From assembly GCA_947495975.1 (NCBI GenBank), contig CANMBE010000004.1, positions 78,380 to 142,379 on the forward strand: a stretch of DNA of 64,000 bases, given 5' to 3'. The DNA is from Ignavibacteria bacterium. Its GTDB lineage: Bacteria; Bacteroidota; Ignavibacteria; Kapaibacteriales; Kapaibacteriaceae. Numbering within the stretch: position 1 is the stretch's first letter; each line of letters starts with the position of its first letter. The notes beneath the pieces were generated by a model. The model was not told the DNA's origin. It saw nothing but the letters and a program-made list of their open reading frames with translations, and ran no database searches. The translations under genes and the position numbers were made by a program. Positions 1-9,661 of this stretch are shown here, piece after piece.

Positions 1-570
1 CGTGACAAGGCGCCTTCCGGTGATGCAGCTAATGTAGAAGTTGTTGATGTTGGCAGCGGCGGTAACATTGGCAGCGTAGACAGCCTCATTCTTACTGCCA
101 TCGCAACAGACACTGCTTGGCTCAGCATTACAATGGATGGCACCCGAACACAGCAACTTATAGTTCTGCCTGAAGAAGAACACAGATGGAGCGCCAACGA
201 AAAATTCGTGGTATCACTTGGCAACGCTGGTGGCGTTCAGTTCTTTCGTAACGGTCGTCCACTCTCCCTGTTTGGAAAAACAGGAGAAGCTGTACGTGAG
301 GTTACGATTACTCGGAAAGATGTTACAGCATCAAACACAACGTTTAAAGCACCGCAACCGCTAGGTTCAGCTACACCAAAAAAGCCAGTAGTAGCGCCTT
401 CAGCAAAGCCCATCGTTAAGCCTACAGCAGCGCAGTCAATCACAAGGCCCCCTGTCAAACGTGCCGTTGTGCCAAGTTCTAAACCGATAAAGAAAATCGC
501 ACAGACGCAACGCAAGAGGCTCGAGCGTCCACTAATAACGCCTGTGCCGCCGCTCCCAGTGAGGCGCTGA
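1..570 (+). CDS. C-terminal part of a RodZ-like protein (DUF4115 domain); 5' end lies outside the window
   Basis: Frame 1 is open from nt 1 with no stop before 570, so the listed M at 133 is internal. The motif '...DTAWLSITMDG...VVSLGNAGGVQFFRNGRPL' matches the DUF4115/RodZ C-terminal signature (W-x-V-x-DG ... LGNAGAV ... NG). A Pro/Ala/Lys-rich tail follows. Confidence 0.5.
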   Translation, partial: RDKAPSGDAANVEVVDVGSGGNIGSVDSLILTAIATDTAWLSITMDGTRTQQLIVLPEEEHRWSANEKFVVSLGNAGGVQFFRNGRPLSLFGKTGEAVREVTITRKDVTASNTTFKAPQPLGSATPKKPVVAPSAKPIVKPTAAQSITRPPVKRAVVPSSKPIKKIAQTQRKRLERPLITPVPPLPVRR

Positions 571-1539
571 TCAGAGTTGTGCGCGGATGATATCATGAAC
601 GCGGACAACGCCAACGCATCGATTGCTCGCTACCACCGGCACCACAGAAATCTGTCGCTCTCTGTTTTCCATTGTCTGCAGCGCAGAATGCAATGAGTCT
701 GATGGAGAGACAACGATTGGATTGCGCGTCATCACTGTCTCAAGCAGTGCATCCCTGACGTTTATTGATGACCCTACCAATCGCCGCACATCGCCATCAG
801 TTAGGATGCCTTGCAGTGTAGACTCTCCATCAAGAACGCAGATGATTCCCATCGAAGTATCTGTTAGCAATTGTACAGCGTCAGCTATCGATGCTGATGC
901 GGGCAAAGTAGGAATGTCACTTCCCGAATACATCACATCTTCCACACATCTCATAAGTGCGGCACCAATCGCTCCCTGAGGATGAGAACGTTGTAGACGA
1001 TCAATTACATCGCCATTCATTTGCGCAGCGGCCACACTTAATAAATCTGCCATAACAAGAGACTGCGTTGTACTTGCGGTGGGAAGAATATTATGAGGGT
1101 CGAGCTCGCGGACGATTGGAACAACAAGTGTGTACGCGGACAGTGCTTCAAGCGATGTTCTTGTCCTACACGTAATTGAGATGACGGTGATCCCAAGTTG
1201 TTGAACAAGTTTAACAAGATGAATCACTTCTGGAGTTTCACCACTTTTAGAAAACGCAACAAGGACGTCCGTTTCCGATAGCATGCCTAGATCTCCATGC
1301 AGAGCATCTACAGGATGAAGATATACTCCAGGGATGTGCACACTGGTTATGGTTGCGGCCATCTTTCTAGCAATGAAGCCAGACTTCCCTAACCCGGTTG
1401 CTACCACCTTTGACGCTTTCGCAATGGCTGTGGCGGCTTGAACGAATGTGTCGTCAATTTGCAACTCTAGTAACTGCAGCGCCTGGGATTGCAACACCAG
1501 CCCACCTCGTGCGATCGATTTAATCTCTTCTGATGTCAT
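571..1539 (-). CDS. kdsD: KpsF/GutQ-family arabinose-5-phosphate isomerase (SIS domain + tandem CBS domains)
   Basis: A SIS motif 'ATGLGKSGFIARKMAATITSVHIP' is followed by two CBS-like segments at the C-terminus; 322 aa is typical for KdsD/KpsF. Confidence 0.8.
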   Translation of the reverse strand: MTSEEIKSIARGGLVLQSQALQLLELQIDDTFVQAATAIAKASKVVATGLGKSGFIARKMAATITSVHIPGVYLHPVDALHGDLGMLSETDVLVAFSKSGETPEVIHLVKLVQQLGITVISITCRTRTSLEALSAYTLVVPIVRELDPHNILPTASTTQSLVMADLLSVAAAQMNGDVIDRLQRSHPQGAIGAALMRCVEDVMYSGSDIPTLPASASIADAVQLLTDTSMGIICVLDGESTLQGILTDGDVRRLVGSSINVRDALLETVMTRNPIVVSPSDSLHSALQTMENRERQISVVPVVASNRCVGVVRVHDIIRAQL

Positions 1540-1615
1540 GACACGAATCTCCGAAATAAAAAGAAGCCCTCGGCATAAATATGCCGAGGGCTTCTTGTAT
1601 TAGCTGTCGTTCTGT

Positions 1616-4600
1616 TTAGCGAACGATCGTTAGAGTCTTAGAAAGTACCGTCTCTCCTACTGTGAGCTTGTACATGTAAGAACCAGACGCAACGTCTGTC
1701 CCTGCACTACTGCGGCCATCCCACTCAACAGCATAATTGCCGTTTGAGCCGGCCACATCATTGTTGTACATGGTCTGAACAAGGTTGCCCATCATATCGA
1801 ACAGCTCAAGTCTCACTTTGGAGCTGAAAGGAACGAGGAAGCTGAACGTTGTCTTGCCATTTGTTGGGTTTGGATAGTTGTCTTCGAGTGCAACAGCCGC
1901 TGATGCACCGAATTCTACATTCACAACATTTGAGAAGGATTGCGCACCGCTAATATCAACCTGACGTAGACGATACTCATACGTGGCAGACTTAGCTACG
2001 TTAACATCATAGAATTTGTAATTCGATGCTTGCGTTGAGTTACCCACTCCTGGTACATAACCTACAGATTGCCATGGGTTCTCTTCAGAGCCCGTGCGAT
2101 CTACACATGTAAGACTTATAACACCAGTTGTAAGGTTTGTAGACTCCTTCATACCACGACGCTCAACATGGAATCCAGCATTATTCTTCTCGGAAGCCGT
2201 CTCCCAGAACAGATCAACACCAGTGGCACGTGCTTTGGCATCAAAGTAGCTCAGCTCTACAGGAACTACACAATCAATGAAGATCGGCGGGCTCGAGAAC
2301 GAACGATTGCCGAAGTATGGACGAAGCATTGGGATCCATGAACCACGTGTGAACGTAGCATAGCCCAAGCTCATACCCATAGCATTAAGGTGTGCATATC
2401 CTGGATTACCGATTGTTGGAGTAAACGGTACCCAATCGCCGCTAAAGCGTGTAAGCTCATATGCAAAACGGTTGTCGTTAAGAAGTGCACCACTACGCGA
2501 GCGAACACGAAAGTTCTTATCGATCAACAGCGTGCGATTACCAATACCGAACACCGGAATGTCCGAATAAAGAGTGGTAACCATACCCATGCGAGACTCA
2601 GATGCACCAAGTTCATAACCTTCTGTACCCATTTGAGCAACGGTTGTCCAATATTCACCCGGTGGAATCACAACTGGCTTGTCAAGAAGATAGGTTACAT
2701 ACTTGCCGAACTGAGGCTCAGTAAACGCACCAGTTTGATCTTCACCACGACGGCGGAGAATAGTTGAGTTTGCGATACGCTCATCGCCCGGCACACCACC
2801 CTGGTCTTTGTAAAGCGAGAACGAGATGTTCAAAATATCCTGGTTGAGTTCTGCCCAGTATGCTTGATATCCACCAACAGTGTCTTGTGAATACAATGTA
2901 AATCTCATTGCTATCTGACCAGATGCATTACCAGCATCAGAACCGTACATGTCATCACCAGAGAGGCCTAATGGGAATGTTCCCCAGGTAGCACCCGTTG
3001 TGTATTGCGATGCTGGTCCTACAAGTGGCGACTGCCATCCTGAACCTTCAGCACCTGAAGAGGCACCACGATGGCTCAGACCCTTACCTGTTATACCAGA
3101 AAACTGAAGTTTCGGTACGTCATTCGTTGCATTAAGCGGATTGGTCTCGTACGAGAACGACGGTCCAAATGTCATTACAAACGTTGTGAAGGTTGAGTCA
3201 TTCAGTGTGTCTAGGTCATTTCCTGGGAAGAAGATCCTACCAGTGATCTTGTAACGGCCAGGAGTGGTTGTACGGAAGTTTGCATCCGGGAATGGAAGCA
3301 ATACTTCGCGATTGCCTGCGAGAGTAGGAATAGTGATCGTGCGGCAATAAATCTGCTGAAACTCGTTACCATCAGGCTTGATCTGAACGCGCACCGAGAA
3401 AGCCGGTGCAGCCATGTTCGTGTTGTTTGAAATCTTTACACGAATAGGAACACGTGTGGCCTGTGAGGCAGGAGCCATGGTGTATGGCCAGATCAATTGG
3501 ATGTTGCTGAATTCAACGTCCGTCACTTCATCTGGGAAGAGGATCTTTACGTTGTCGATAAAGAAGTTGTCCTCATCATCAGCTGGGTTAGGAGGCGTAG
3601 AGTTATTTACGCAGCGCGCACGAAGACGGAAACGGAAGTTACGAGCACCTTCGTTTACCCAATTGAGCACAGTGTCTGGGATTGGAATTGTGACTTTGTA
3701 GTATTCAGCGTCTTTACCATCGTCAAACAAGTCTTCGCGGAAACCACCGAGAGGTGGAGTCGAGGTGCTTTCCATTTGTTGATTGTAATTGACAAGATCA
3801 TAGCCGCGTGCATATCCACCACCACCCCAAACACGGAATGGCTGCAAATACTTGGTTCCACGGTTCTGAGCATCCATAACCCAATTCTGAATATTCGTAA
3901 TACCATTCAGTTGGTCTGTGCTTGGCTTTGCAAATTCAACCCAAATTTCGTCTGGATTGCGATATCCAGGCGTAAAGCCATTCACAGCAAGCATGTTCAC
4001 ACGATGCTCAGGTCCGATAAGACGGTTGTCTGAGAATCCGCGGCCGATGTTTGTAAGCTTGCCAGCACGTTGATAAGAAATCGAGAGAACAGCGCGCTTC
4101 TTGCGTGAAAGGTTGATTGGGAATGAACGGAGTTCATCACCACCGTATACGCCGATAGCAGGAATATCTCCATTGCTGAGGTTAACGCGGTTCATACGAA
4201 TGACCGGAGACTTCAGGCTGAAAATAGTAGAGTTTGCGGCAGGAAATTCGCCACGTGGAGGAGGTGGGTTGTTCGTAACCTCATCACCGTCAACAACGTC
4301 AGATTCGATGTTTACCCACTTGAGAACCGAAGGCATTGCTGCGCCACCTATGAGGTGATACTCAGTTACATCGTCATTGAAACTTGTTAAACGACGCATA
4401 ACGAATACACGGATGCTCGTTGTATCATCAAACGGCCATTGATCACCAATTGATTGGTTAATCGAATCCTTAGGCTCAGCGATAACTGTTGTAAGAAGGC
4501 GACCAATCTGATCATCAATAAACTCATTCGGTTCAAATGGCGGGAACACAATTTTGATGAATTCATACGGCAACACAAACGTGTTAACTGCCTGATATGC

Positions 4601-6325
4601 AAGGTTGGTACCATTAACATCGCAACGGTAGACCCCAGAGTTTAACGTATCTCTAAGAGCTCCATCAGTTACAATACGCGACGTGTTGTAAACAATCTTA
4701 CCGGATGCTTCATTAACGATGCGGAAACGAACCTTGAAGTTAATGCCCTGTTTGATGTAGTTAACACCTTGAGGACCCTGAATGTCATTTGTAAGGTTTT
4801 GCACGATAGCAACAGGTTGAATAGCTCCAAGGCGAATGTCGCCGGCGAGCAGTTCGTAGTTGTTAGCCGTTGCAGTAGGAACGATCACTGAGAACGAAAG
4901 ATTTGCGTTGTTATTCAGAGCACGTACACGGTACGAAACGTTGATAACACGAAGCACGTTCTTGTACTGCTTGAACTTTATCGCAAGGAAGTCCTTCGGC
5001 ACAGTGTTGTCGTCATTCCGCGAACTTGTTGCGCGAACACTACCTCCTGTATTCACGTTGTGCAGGTACTCAGTGTACTGAGTGTACTTTATCGTACTGT
5101 AATCCAATAGTGTAGCAACTGGCATCGTAGCGGGGAAGCCAGACCAGTTAAGTCTCCGTGCAGGACCGGAAACGCCTACAGTTGAGTTACAACGAACCCA
5201 TACAGTTGCAGGGTGTGGCTGAAGCGCAGCTCTCGGAGCAATTCCAAAGAAACGCTCGTATTGAACAACAACGGAGCTGTCATTGCGATTGAGCGTTACT
5301 TGAAGTGAGAATCGATAGTGCTCGCCAACACCTGGGCGGTTATTTGGTAGGAACGTTACGTTATGAGTAACGCCACCAACAACGGCAGTCTTGCCACCAA
5401 TAGGAGTAAGGTTTACGTAGTAAATAACGAGCTTGTCGTTTGACGGAGAGCGCTTGTAGTAGACCTTTGAGAAGTCATCCACAGCGCTGTTTTCCGTGTT
5501 GTACACGGAGACCTGAAGATCGTCCCATGCCGGAGCAATGACTTGAGGCATTGCACCACCGAATGTGCCGCTAAGAGCGTCAAGCGTAGAGTTAGCACCG
5601 GAGCGGATACCACCAGTTGCATTTGTGGGTGTACCGCCGCAAGCGATATTGTTAAAACCGAAGTTGTCTGGGGAAGCGTCAGTGAGTCCGTTACCTGAAC
5701 GACCTCTGGTATCGTCCGACATAGGATCATACGAAGAGAATACGCCCGGTGTAACTTCAAGTGACACGCGAGCGGTTGGGTAACCGAATGCGTCCGCTTC
5801 ATAAAAGTAGCGTCTATTTGAAAGCGCGATGAGGCCATTCGTAGAAACGTAGAACGAATCTTGACGCACGCCATTGAAGTAGAACGGAAAACCAATCGAA
5901 ACTGGACCGGCAAACGCGTTGTCCGTTGAGTCATTGAGATTGGCCGGATTCCGGAAGTAGGCATGCCCACCAAAAAGATTTTGTGCTGGATCTGTCCAGT
6001 ACGTTGTGGGAAGTTGGCGTGGACCTGAAACGATCCGGCGCCATGTACCTGGTTGAAACAACGTATCTACAAACTGGGTTGGGTCTGGACGCCAGAAATC
6101 TGGAGCTTCATCGTCAGAGTCGACGAAATAATACCCCGTAGAAATCGGCGGATTTGTGCGATTGTTGGCGCCATTCAAAACGAAAGGCAGTGGATACGAT
6201 GCCACCGGGGCACGGTTACCACTCTTACGCAACACATCCTCGCCATCTTTCCCGTCCCCTGCCATAGCAAGAGAAGAGCCAACCAATACAGTCATGAGAG
6301 CAAGAAGTAGGAGTCTGCGGCTCAT
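1616..6325 (-). CDS. Very large (1569 aa) secreted protein with a T9SS C-terminal sorting domain (Por_Secre_tail); function unknown
   Basis: N-terminal signal peptide 'MSRRLLLLALMTVLVGSSLAMA'. C-terminus '...EDNYPNPTNGKTTFSFLVPF...VRLELFDMMGNLV...YAVEWDGRSSAGTDVASGSYMYKLTVGETVLSKTLTIVR' is a classic T9SS CTD. Asn/Thr/Gly-rich beta-rich composition. Confidence 0.75.
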   Translation of the reverse strand: MSRRLLLLALMTVLVGSSLAMAGDGKDGEDVLRKSGNRAPVASYPLPFVLNGANNRTNPPISTGYYFVDSDDEAPDFWRPDPTQFVDTLFQPGTWRRIVSGPRQLPTTYWTDPAQNLFGGHAYFRNPANLNDSTDNAFAGPVSIGFPFYFNGVRQDSFYVSTNGLIALSNRRYFYEADAFGYPTARVSLEVTPGVFSSYDPMSDDTRGRSGNGLTDASPDNFGFNNIACGGTPTNATGGIRSGANSTLDALSGTFGGAMPQVIAPAWDDLQVSVYNTENSAVDDFSKVYYKRSPSNDKLVIYYVNLTPIGGKTAVVGGVTHNVTFLPNNRPGVGEHYRFSLQVTLNRNDSSVVVQYERFFGIAPRAALQPHPATVWVRCNSTVGVSGPARRLNWSGFPATMPVATLLDYSTIKYTQYTEYLHNVNTGGSVRATSSRNDDNTVPKDFLAIKFKQYKNVLRVINVSYRVRALNNNANLSFSVIVPTATANNYELLAGDIRLGAIQPVAIVQNLTNDIQGPQGVNYIKQGINFKVRFRIVNEASGKIVYNTSRIVTDGALRDTLNSGVYRCDVNGTNLAYQAVNTFVLPYEFIKIVFPPFEPNEFIDDQIGRLLTTVIAEPKDSINQSIGDQWPFDDTTSIRVFVMRRLTSFNDDVTEYHLIGGAAMPSVLKWVNIESDVVDGDEVTNNPPPPRGEFPAANSTIFSLKSPVIRMNRVNLSNGDIPAIGVYGGDELRSFPINLSRKKRAVLSISYQRAGKLTNIGRGFSDNRLIGPEHRVNMLAVNGFTPGYRNPDEIWVEFAKPSTDQLNGITNIQNWVMDAQNRGTKYLQPFRVWGGGGYARGYDLVNYNQQMESTSTPPLGGFREDLFDDGKDAEYYKVTIPIPDTVLNWVNEGARNFRFRLRARCVNNSTPPNPADDEDNFFIDNVKILFPDEVTDVEFSNIQLIWPYTMAPASQATRVPIRVKISNNTNMAAPAFSVRVQIKPDGNEFQQIYCRTITIPTLAGNREVLLPFPDANFRTTTPGRYKITGRIFFPGNDLDTLNDSTFTTFVMTFGPSFSYETNPLNATNDVPKLQFSGITGKGLSHRGASSGAEGSGWQSPLVGPASQYTTGATWGTFPLGLSGDDMYGSDAGNASGQIAMRFTLYSQDTVGGYQAYWAELNQDILNISFSLYKDQGGVPGDERIANSTILRRRGEDQTGAFTEPQFGKYVTYLLDKPVVIPPGEYWTTVAQMGTEGYELGASESRMGMVTTLYSDIPVFGIGNRTLLIDKNFRVRSRSGALLNDNRFAYELTRFSGDWVPFTPTIGNPGYAHLNAMGMSLGYATFTRGSWIPMLRPYFGNRSFSSPPIFIDCVVPVELSYFDAKARATGVDLFWETASEKNNAGFHVERRGMKESTNLTTGVISLTCVDRTGSEENPWQSVGYVPGVGNSTQASNYKFYDVNVAKSATYEYRLRQVDISGAQSFSNVVNVEFGASAAVALEDNYPNPTNGKTTFSFLVPFSSKVRLELFDMMGNLVQTMYNNDVAGSNGNYAVEWDGRSSAGTDVASGSYMYKLTVGETVLSKTLTIVR

Positions 6326-6543
6326 GCATACCTCAATGAAACAGTGAACAAGTACATGATTTAATTACATTTTTAGTTCGTCGTGAGAATAGACTATTGT
6401 CCAACGCACGGGTTGGTGTACTCGGTAAAATTGTGATTTCGTTCGTAATTGTCAAACACTTTCTTCTAGAATCCGAATCACACGTAATTATACCGTTACA
6501 TAACATCAACAAACATGGGTTGGAAAAGTTACGAAACTATCAA
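6326..6543 (-). promoter_or_regulatory. AT-rich intergenic region upstream of the large T9SS cargo gene (putative promoter)
   Basis: 218 nt non-coding, AT-rich stretch between the purN stop and the start of the 1569-aa gene. No ORF or RNA motif recognised. Confidence 0.3.
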
Positions 6544-7176
6544 TCAAAAAGATGCCTGTGTTGACAAGGGCAATTTTGCGTGAATTGACCGCGCAAACTG
6601 CTCCATAACGCCTGGATACAGCTCATTCTCTACCACTTTCATCCTACGTTGAAGATCTTCTGGATCAACACTCGGGCATACCAGCAAACGTTTCTGGCCC
6701 AGTATTGCCCCTTCGTCATACTGATCGGTTACAATATGCACGGTAGCTCCAGTTTCCAGGACGCCAGCGGCAAGTACGGACCGATGAACATGGAGTCCGA
6801 ACATGCCCTTACCTCCAAAGTCGGGCAAAAGTGCCGGGTGAATGTTCAGCACCCTGCCTTCGAGTCTGTGAATAACCTTGTCCGGCAATAGACGCATAAA
6901 TCCGGCCAAAGCAAGCGCTTCAACCTGAAATTCATCAATGGCCCTCACAATCTCTTCTCCCAGGGCTTCTCTCGAAAGTCCCTCCGGCAAGATCACAAGC
7001 GCAACTCCAGACCTTCGAGCTACATTGCAGATACCTGCTTTGGCAGATGTTGAGATAACTGCCTCAACAGAATATGCACACGTATCACGCTCCGCGTTCA
7101 CACAAAGAGCATGCGCATTTGTACCCGATCCGGATCCGAGAATTCCAACACGTAACCGTGCTAACAAAGGTGCCAT
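6544..7176 (-). CDS. purN: Phosphoribosylglycinamide formyltransferase
   Basis: 'RVGILGSGSGTNAHAL' N-terminal motif and 'NIHPALLPDFGGKGM...H' formyltransferase core. Start chosen at the internal M (MAPLLARLRVGILGSG) rather than the ORF-track start at 7227. Confidence 0.8.
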   Translation of the reverse strand: MAPLLARLRVGILGSGSGTNAHALCVNAERDTCAYSVEAVISTSAKAGICNVARRSGVALVILPEGLSREALGEEIVRAIDEFQVEALALAGFMRLLPDKVIHRLEGRVLNIHPALLPDFGGKGMFGLHVHRSVLAAGVLETGATVHIVTDQYDEGAILGQKRLLVCPSVDPEDLQRRMKVVENELYPGVMEQFARSIHAKLPLSTQASF

Positions 7177-7282
7177 CCAATAATGTACTGCCGTTCGACA
7201 ATTTCCTGCAAAGGAACTTTTGCACAACGAACTACATTTTTTCCAACGCCGAACGTTCCGTACCCTATCTCATTGACCGCAC

Positions 7283-9661
7283 ATGCTGTATAAAACATCA
7301 ATTTCTCGTAGTACTCTGATTCTTGTCTGTTTTATCCTTCTGAATTGTCCTGTTGTGCTTTGCGCGAACCAAGAACAATCAGATAAAACTGGTACTGCCA
7401 TCCAGCCAACTGGAATAGTCTCGGGACAAGTAATTGATGCAACAACGCAACAGCCCATTGTGGGCGCAAGCGTTGTTGTTGTTGGTACAAAACGTGGGGC
7501 ATTGGCTAAAAAGGATGGTCGTTTTGTTATCTCAAACATACCGGCTGGGATCTTTTCAGTAAAAGCAACACTGGTTGGGTACGCGCCAGAAGTGAAGAGT
7601 GACATTGTCGTTAGCCCCGGGAAGCCAATCACCATTGAAATTCGGCTCTCGCCCAGAGTTATCCAGCTTGATGAAGCAGTGGTAATCTCTGACGCGTTCC
7701 GCACAGACGGGCAATCAATTTCATCTACGCAGTTGTTAACGAGTGAAGAGGTTCGCAGAGCACCCGGAGTTCAAGAAGATGTAGTAAGAGCAATCGCTCT
7801 TCTACCTGGTGTTGCAGTTACACAGGCTGGTAGGAATGATCTTGCGATTCGCGGAGGAGCCCCTTTCGAAAACCTGTTCTTAATCGATAACATCGAAGTA
7901 CCGAACATCAATCACTTTGGTTCACAGGGGTCTTCGGGCGGCCCACTTTCACTCGTGAACATTGCACTCGTTCGTGATATTTCACTTTCTACAGGGGGCT
8001 TTGGGCCTCGATTTGGCGACCGATTGTCATCTGTAACAAACCTGACCTTGCGAGAAGGAAACGATCAACGATTTGCCGGCGAAATTAATCTCAGCGCTAC
8101 AGGCGTTGGACTCGTAGCAGAGGGTCCGGTGGGAGAGCATGCAACGTATTTGGTTTCTGTTCGGCGCAGCTATCTTGATTTGATTTTTACGTTAGCGGGC
8201 TTTGGATTCATTCCCGAGTATTGGGATTTCTCTGGCAAGGTTACGTATGAAATCTCTCAACGAGATAAGCTCTCATTTCTTGCTATCGGCGCCATTGACA
8301 AGGTCCGTTTTAACAACACGCCAGAAAATCTTTATCAGAACAGTCGGACCACCGCTCCATCGCAGAACCAATACTTCGCCGGACTAACATGGAGGCACTT
8401 GCTAGACAACGGCTATGTAAATGTAACGCTCGGAAGATCATTCTCATACTACAATACGATTCAACAGGATTCGCTCGCTAACGACATTTTTCGAACTGTT
8501 ACGAACGAAGGTGAAAACTCCTTGCGTGCAGACTTCGTTACCTTCCCATCGTCATCATGGGAACTCAACATCGGCGCTATTGTCAAATATGCTAGCCTGC
8601 TTGACTACAGCGTGATCCTTCCAGGATACGTGAGACGAGACGCCTCAGGATCACCCGCTCCGTTAAACGTGGATACGTCTTTTACTGCCCTTCGTGGTGG
8701 CGCTTACATACAGGCGGAGTGGTCTGCAACTGACCTTCTCACAGTAACCCTAGGAGCCCGCGTTGACTATTATGCTTTCCTGGAAAGTAACAGGGCAGCA
8801 GTTTCTCCTCGCGCAACGCTGTCGTACCTCGTTGCCCAAGACATGACGTTGCGATTAAGTGTGGGGCGCTACTTTCAATCCCCTCAATACATTTGGCTTA
8901 TTGGCGATCCATCGAATCGCACAAATCTCCGACCCATAAAAGCAGATCAAGCCATCTTAGGTTGGGAATGGATTGCTACAACTGATCTAAAATTTCAAGT
9001 TGAAGCATATTATAAAACCTACGATGGCTACCCTACGAGAACATTTCGTCCACAAGCAGTTCTAGCGTCAGCTGGGTTTGAGGATATTTACAAGGACATC
9101 CCTTTTGGCCTTGAACCTCTAACCAACAATGGGACGGGCATTGCATTGGGGATTGAATTCTACTTGCAAAAGAAACTCAGCACCGCAATTCCTATCTACG
9201 GGATTGCATCCGTCTCAATCAACCGAACCCAATTCATTGCCACAGACGGCCAAAAGCGTCCAGGCTCCTTTGATACCCCCATCATCAGCACCCTCGCACT
9301 TGGATGGAGACCTGATGCAGAATGGGAAGTGAGCAGCAAACTTCGGTTGTCTCAAGGTCTTCCGTCAACACCATACATAACCACTGCTGCGCGTGCGCTG
9401 GAAACAGGTTTTCCCGTGGGTTCAATAGACTTTGATTTTTTCAATCAAGGGGCTCGGCTGCCATTCTTTTATGCGCTTGATGCGCGGGTAGACAAACGAT
9501 GGTTCTTTCCTGGTTGGCAACTCATTGTTTACGTTGATGTTCAGAATATTACTGGACGAAAGAACGTGAGCGGCAATCGATGGAACCAACAGACCCAGTC
9601 AATGGAAGCCCAGGAAAGCATTGGCGTTCTACCGTCAATCGGCATCAATATTCAATTCTAA
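7283..9661 (+). CDS. TonB-dependent outer-membrane receptor (CarboxypepD_reg-like N-domain + plug + beta-barrel)
   Basis: Signal peptide, then a CarboxypepD_reg-like segment '[55 protein letters not shown]'. Plug motifs '[21 protein letters not shown]...[18 protein letters not shown]'. C-terminal aromatic residue 'NIQF'. Confidence 0.8.
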   Translation: MLYKTSISRSTLILVCFILLNCPVVLCANQEQSDKTGTAIQPTGIVSGQVIDATTQQPIVGASVVVVGTKRGALAKKDGRFVISNIPAGIFSVKATLVGYAPEVKSDIVVSPGKPITIEIRLSPRVIQLDEAVVISDAFRTDGQSISSTQLLTSEEVRRAPGVQEDVVRAIALLPGVAVTQAGRNDLAIRGGAPFENLFLIDNIEVPNINHFGSQGSSGGPLSLVNIALVRDISLSTGGFGPRFGDRLSSVTNLTLREGNDQRFAGEINLSATGVGLVAEGPVGEHATYLVSVRRSYLDLIFTLAGFGFIPEYWDFSGKVTYEISQRDKLSFLAIGAIDKVRFNNTPENLYQNSRTTAPSQNQYFAGLTWRHLLDNGYVNVTLGRSFSYYNTIQQDSLANDIFRTVTNEGENSLRADFVTFPSSSWELNIGAIVKYASLLDYSVILPGYVRRDASGSPAPLNVDTSFTALRGGAYIQAEWSATDLLTVTLGARVDYYAFLESNRAAVSPRATLSYLVAQDMTLRLSVGRYFQSPQYIWLIGDPSNRTNLRPIKADQAILGWEWIATTDLKFQVEAYYKTYDGYPTRTFRPQAVLASAGFEDIYKDIPFGLEPLTNNGTGIALGIEFYLQKKLSTAIPIYGIASVSINRTQFIATDGQKRPGSFDTPIISTLALGWRPDAEWEVSSKLRLSQGLPSTPYITTAARALETGFPVGSIDFDFFNQGARLPFFYALDARVDKRWFFPGWQLIVYVDVQNITGRKNVSGNRWNQQTQSMEAQESIGVLPSIGINIQF

